The position numbers were made by a program, and so were the translations under genes. Below the pieces are notes generated by a model. That model had not been told where the DNA came from, searched no databases, and saw only the letters and a list, made by a program, of their open reading frames with translations. A stretch of 64,000 bases of DNA, from assembly GCA_049322915.1 (NCBI GenBank), contig JBMOPW010000034.1:488567-552566 (forward strand). Reading direction: 5' to 3'. Positions 62,290 to 64,000 of this stretch are shown here, in pieces. The stretch comes from Candidatus Zhuqueibacterota bacterium (lineage in GTDB: Bacteria; Zhuqueibacterota; Zhuqueibacteria; Thermofontimicrobiales; Thermofontimicrobiaceae). The stretch's first letter is position 1. Every line of letters begins with the position of its first letter.

Positions 62290-63624
62290 TTATTGGCCGG
62301 CTATGGTCATTTCAGCGATTTTAATGGTCGGCCCGGCAATGGAACTGTTGAACCGCAGATCGTTCCCGATCATCTCGATGTTTTTCAGCATGGTCGCCAA
62401 ATTCCCAGAGATTGTAATTTCAGCAACCGGATAAGCGATTTCTCCATTTTCGATCCACATGCCAAAGGCGCCACGGGAAAAATCGCCGGTGACCGGATTG
62501 GTCCCCTGCCCCATGGTGCTCGTGAGCAGTAAGCCATTCTGCACCGACCGAATGATGTCCTGCTGCGAAAAAGCGCCCTTTTCCAGATAGAAATTATTCG
62601 CCCCGGAAGCGTTGCCCGTCGATTTCATGTCGAGCTTGCGCCCGGCATAGGTATCGGTCAGGTAGGTTTTCAACACGCCATTTTCCACCACGACATTCTT
62701 CCGAACGGGCACACCTTCGCCATCGTAGGGACGAGTCCCCGGCGCGCCGGGCATCAGCCCATCATCGACGACTGTAATGAAATCATTGGCGATTTTCTCC
62801 CCTATTTTTCCAACGAGGAATGACTGCTTCATGTAGATGGCGTTGCCATTCAGACACTGGTACAGGAACGACAGGATGCTGCGCGCCATTTTCGGCTCCA
62901 GCACCACCGGGACATTTTGAGTCTTCACTTTTTTAGCGCCGATCAAACGGGTGACGCGATGGACAGCCATTTCAGCAATCTGCTCCGGCGTCCAGAGCTT
63001 TCCAAAATAGCAATTGCTCTCGGACCAGCCATCTTCCACCTTTTCGTCGCCCTGCCCGGCCTGCAAGTACACGCTCAAGCCGGCAGTTGTGCGGCGATAC
63101 GATCCGCTGAAGCCATTGGAATTCACCAGGATGGACAATCCGGCGTAATCGCCGAAGCTGGCACCGTAGGAATTTGTGATCCGCTGATCCTTCAGGCATA
63201 TCTCTTCCAGCCTCTTTGCCAGCGCAATTTTTGATTCGGGTTTTACTTCGGCCAGGGAAGGATCGTAAATATTCAATTTGTCCGAATCGACAATCGCCAT
63301 GTCCTTTTCATATTCAGGAAGACCAGCAAAAGGATCCGCGCTGGAATTTTCTGCGCGCCTGATGGCATTGTCTACCAGCCGATGCAGCGTCTCCGCGTCA
63401 AAATCAGAGCTGCCAGCCGTAGCGGTCTTCTTGTCTTTGATGATGCGGATTGCAAGTGATTTGGAGCCGGCTTCCACCAGCTTTTCAATTTGACCGTTTC
63501 GAACATCAACTGAAAATTCCGTGCCCTGTCCCAGACTGACTTCCGCCTCATCCGCGCCCTGCTTTTTCGCGTACGCCACCAGAGATTCCGCGAGACCAGT
63601 TAATTCATTCTTTTCCCGATTCAT
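62290..63624 (-). CDS. pmbA: TldE/PmbA family protein
   Basis: YDGEG, TGNA, NPVTGDFSRGAFG..IENGE, TISGNL; ATG overlaps the tldD stop. Confidence 0.9.
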   Translation of the reverse strand: MNREKNELTGLAESLVAYAKKQGADEAEVSLGQGTEFSVDVRNGQIEKLVEAGSKSLAIRIIKDKKTATAGSSDFDAETLHRLVDNAIRRAENSSADPFAGLPEYEKDMAIVDSDKLNIYDPSLAEVKPESKIALAKRLEEICLKDQRITNSYGASFGDYAGLSILVNSNGFSGSYRRTTAGLSVYLQAGQGDEKVEDGWSESNCYFGKLWTPEQIAEMAVHRVTRLIGAKKVKTQNVPVVLEPKMARSILSFLYQCLNGNAIYMKQSFLVGKIGEKIANDFITVVDDGLMPGAPGTRPYDGEGVPVRKNVVVENGVLKTYLTDTYAGRKLDMKSTGNASGANNFYLEKGAFSQQDIIRSVQNGLLLTSTMGQGTNPVTGDFSRGAFGMWIENGEIAYPVAEITISGNLATMLKNIEMIGNDLRFNSSIAGPTIKIAEMTIAGQ

Positions 63625-64000
63625 TTTCTCCCTCCTACAGTCATTCGTTCTATCTTCAATGTCGGTGTGCCAGCAGTCACCGGGACGGATTGACCCTCTT
63701 TGCCGCATGTTCCCAGAAAATATCCCATATCATTTCCGACCATAGTAATATTTTCCAGAATCTGCACATTGGTTCCAATCAACGTGGCGTTCTTGACCGG
63801 CCGCGTCAATTTGCCATCCTCGATTAAATAGCCCAGGTTGACGGAGAAAACGAATTTGCCGGTATCTTCCACCTGACCACCCTGGTAGGTCTTCGCGTAA
63901 AAACCATTCCTCACGGACGCGATGATTTCATCTGGTTCGCTATTGCCCGGGGCTAAAACCGTATTGGTCATGCGCGGAATAGGGTTGTAATAAAAGGACT
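63621..64000 (-). CDS. tldD: TldD family metalloprotease, C-terminal part; start lies outside the window
   Basis: PIPRMTNT, GGQV, CGKEGQSVPV. Confidence 0.9.
   Translation of the reverse strand, partial: SFYYNPIPRMTNTVLAPGNSEPDEIIASVRNGFYAKTYQGGQVEDTGKFVFSVNLGYLIEDGKLTRPVKNATLIGTNVQILENITMVGNDMGYFLGTCGKEGQSVPVTAGTPTLKIERMTVGGRK

Overview
Bacterial chromosomal window. The T9SS/FlgD-type C-terminal domain at 13.5-15.9 kb and the gene set suggest an anaerobic FCB-group organism, possibly KSB1-like; this is inference only. The left half (minus strand) carries mtgA, a saccharopine/lysine dehydrogenase, an AT-rich PHP-ATPase (Ppl/TrlF-like) + Schlafen/AlbA_2 pair, a two-component cluster, ftcd, mdh, rplU-rpmA, rng, a B12 radical SAM fusion and vorCBA. 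The right half (mostly plus strand) is an acyl-CoA/branched-chain amino acid region: a B12 mutase with isobutyryl-CoA mutase signature residues, propionyl-CoA and methylcrotonyl-CoA carboxylases, an archaeal-type HMG-CoA synthase/thiolase/DUF35 triad and two crotonases, ending in tldD-pmbA. It is interrupted by accessory DNA: an AT-rich two-gene nuclease-like/TPR-like island, a tandem paralogous coiled-coil pair, a solitary integron cassette with a recognisable attC, a decayed antitoxin-like gene, and many MITE/REP-like and short-unit repeats. No rRNA, tRNA, CRISPR array, transposase or integrase gene was seen. All calls come from motif reading by eye, without database searches.
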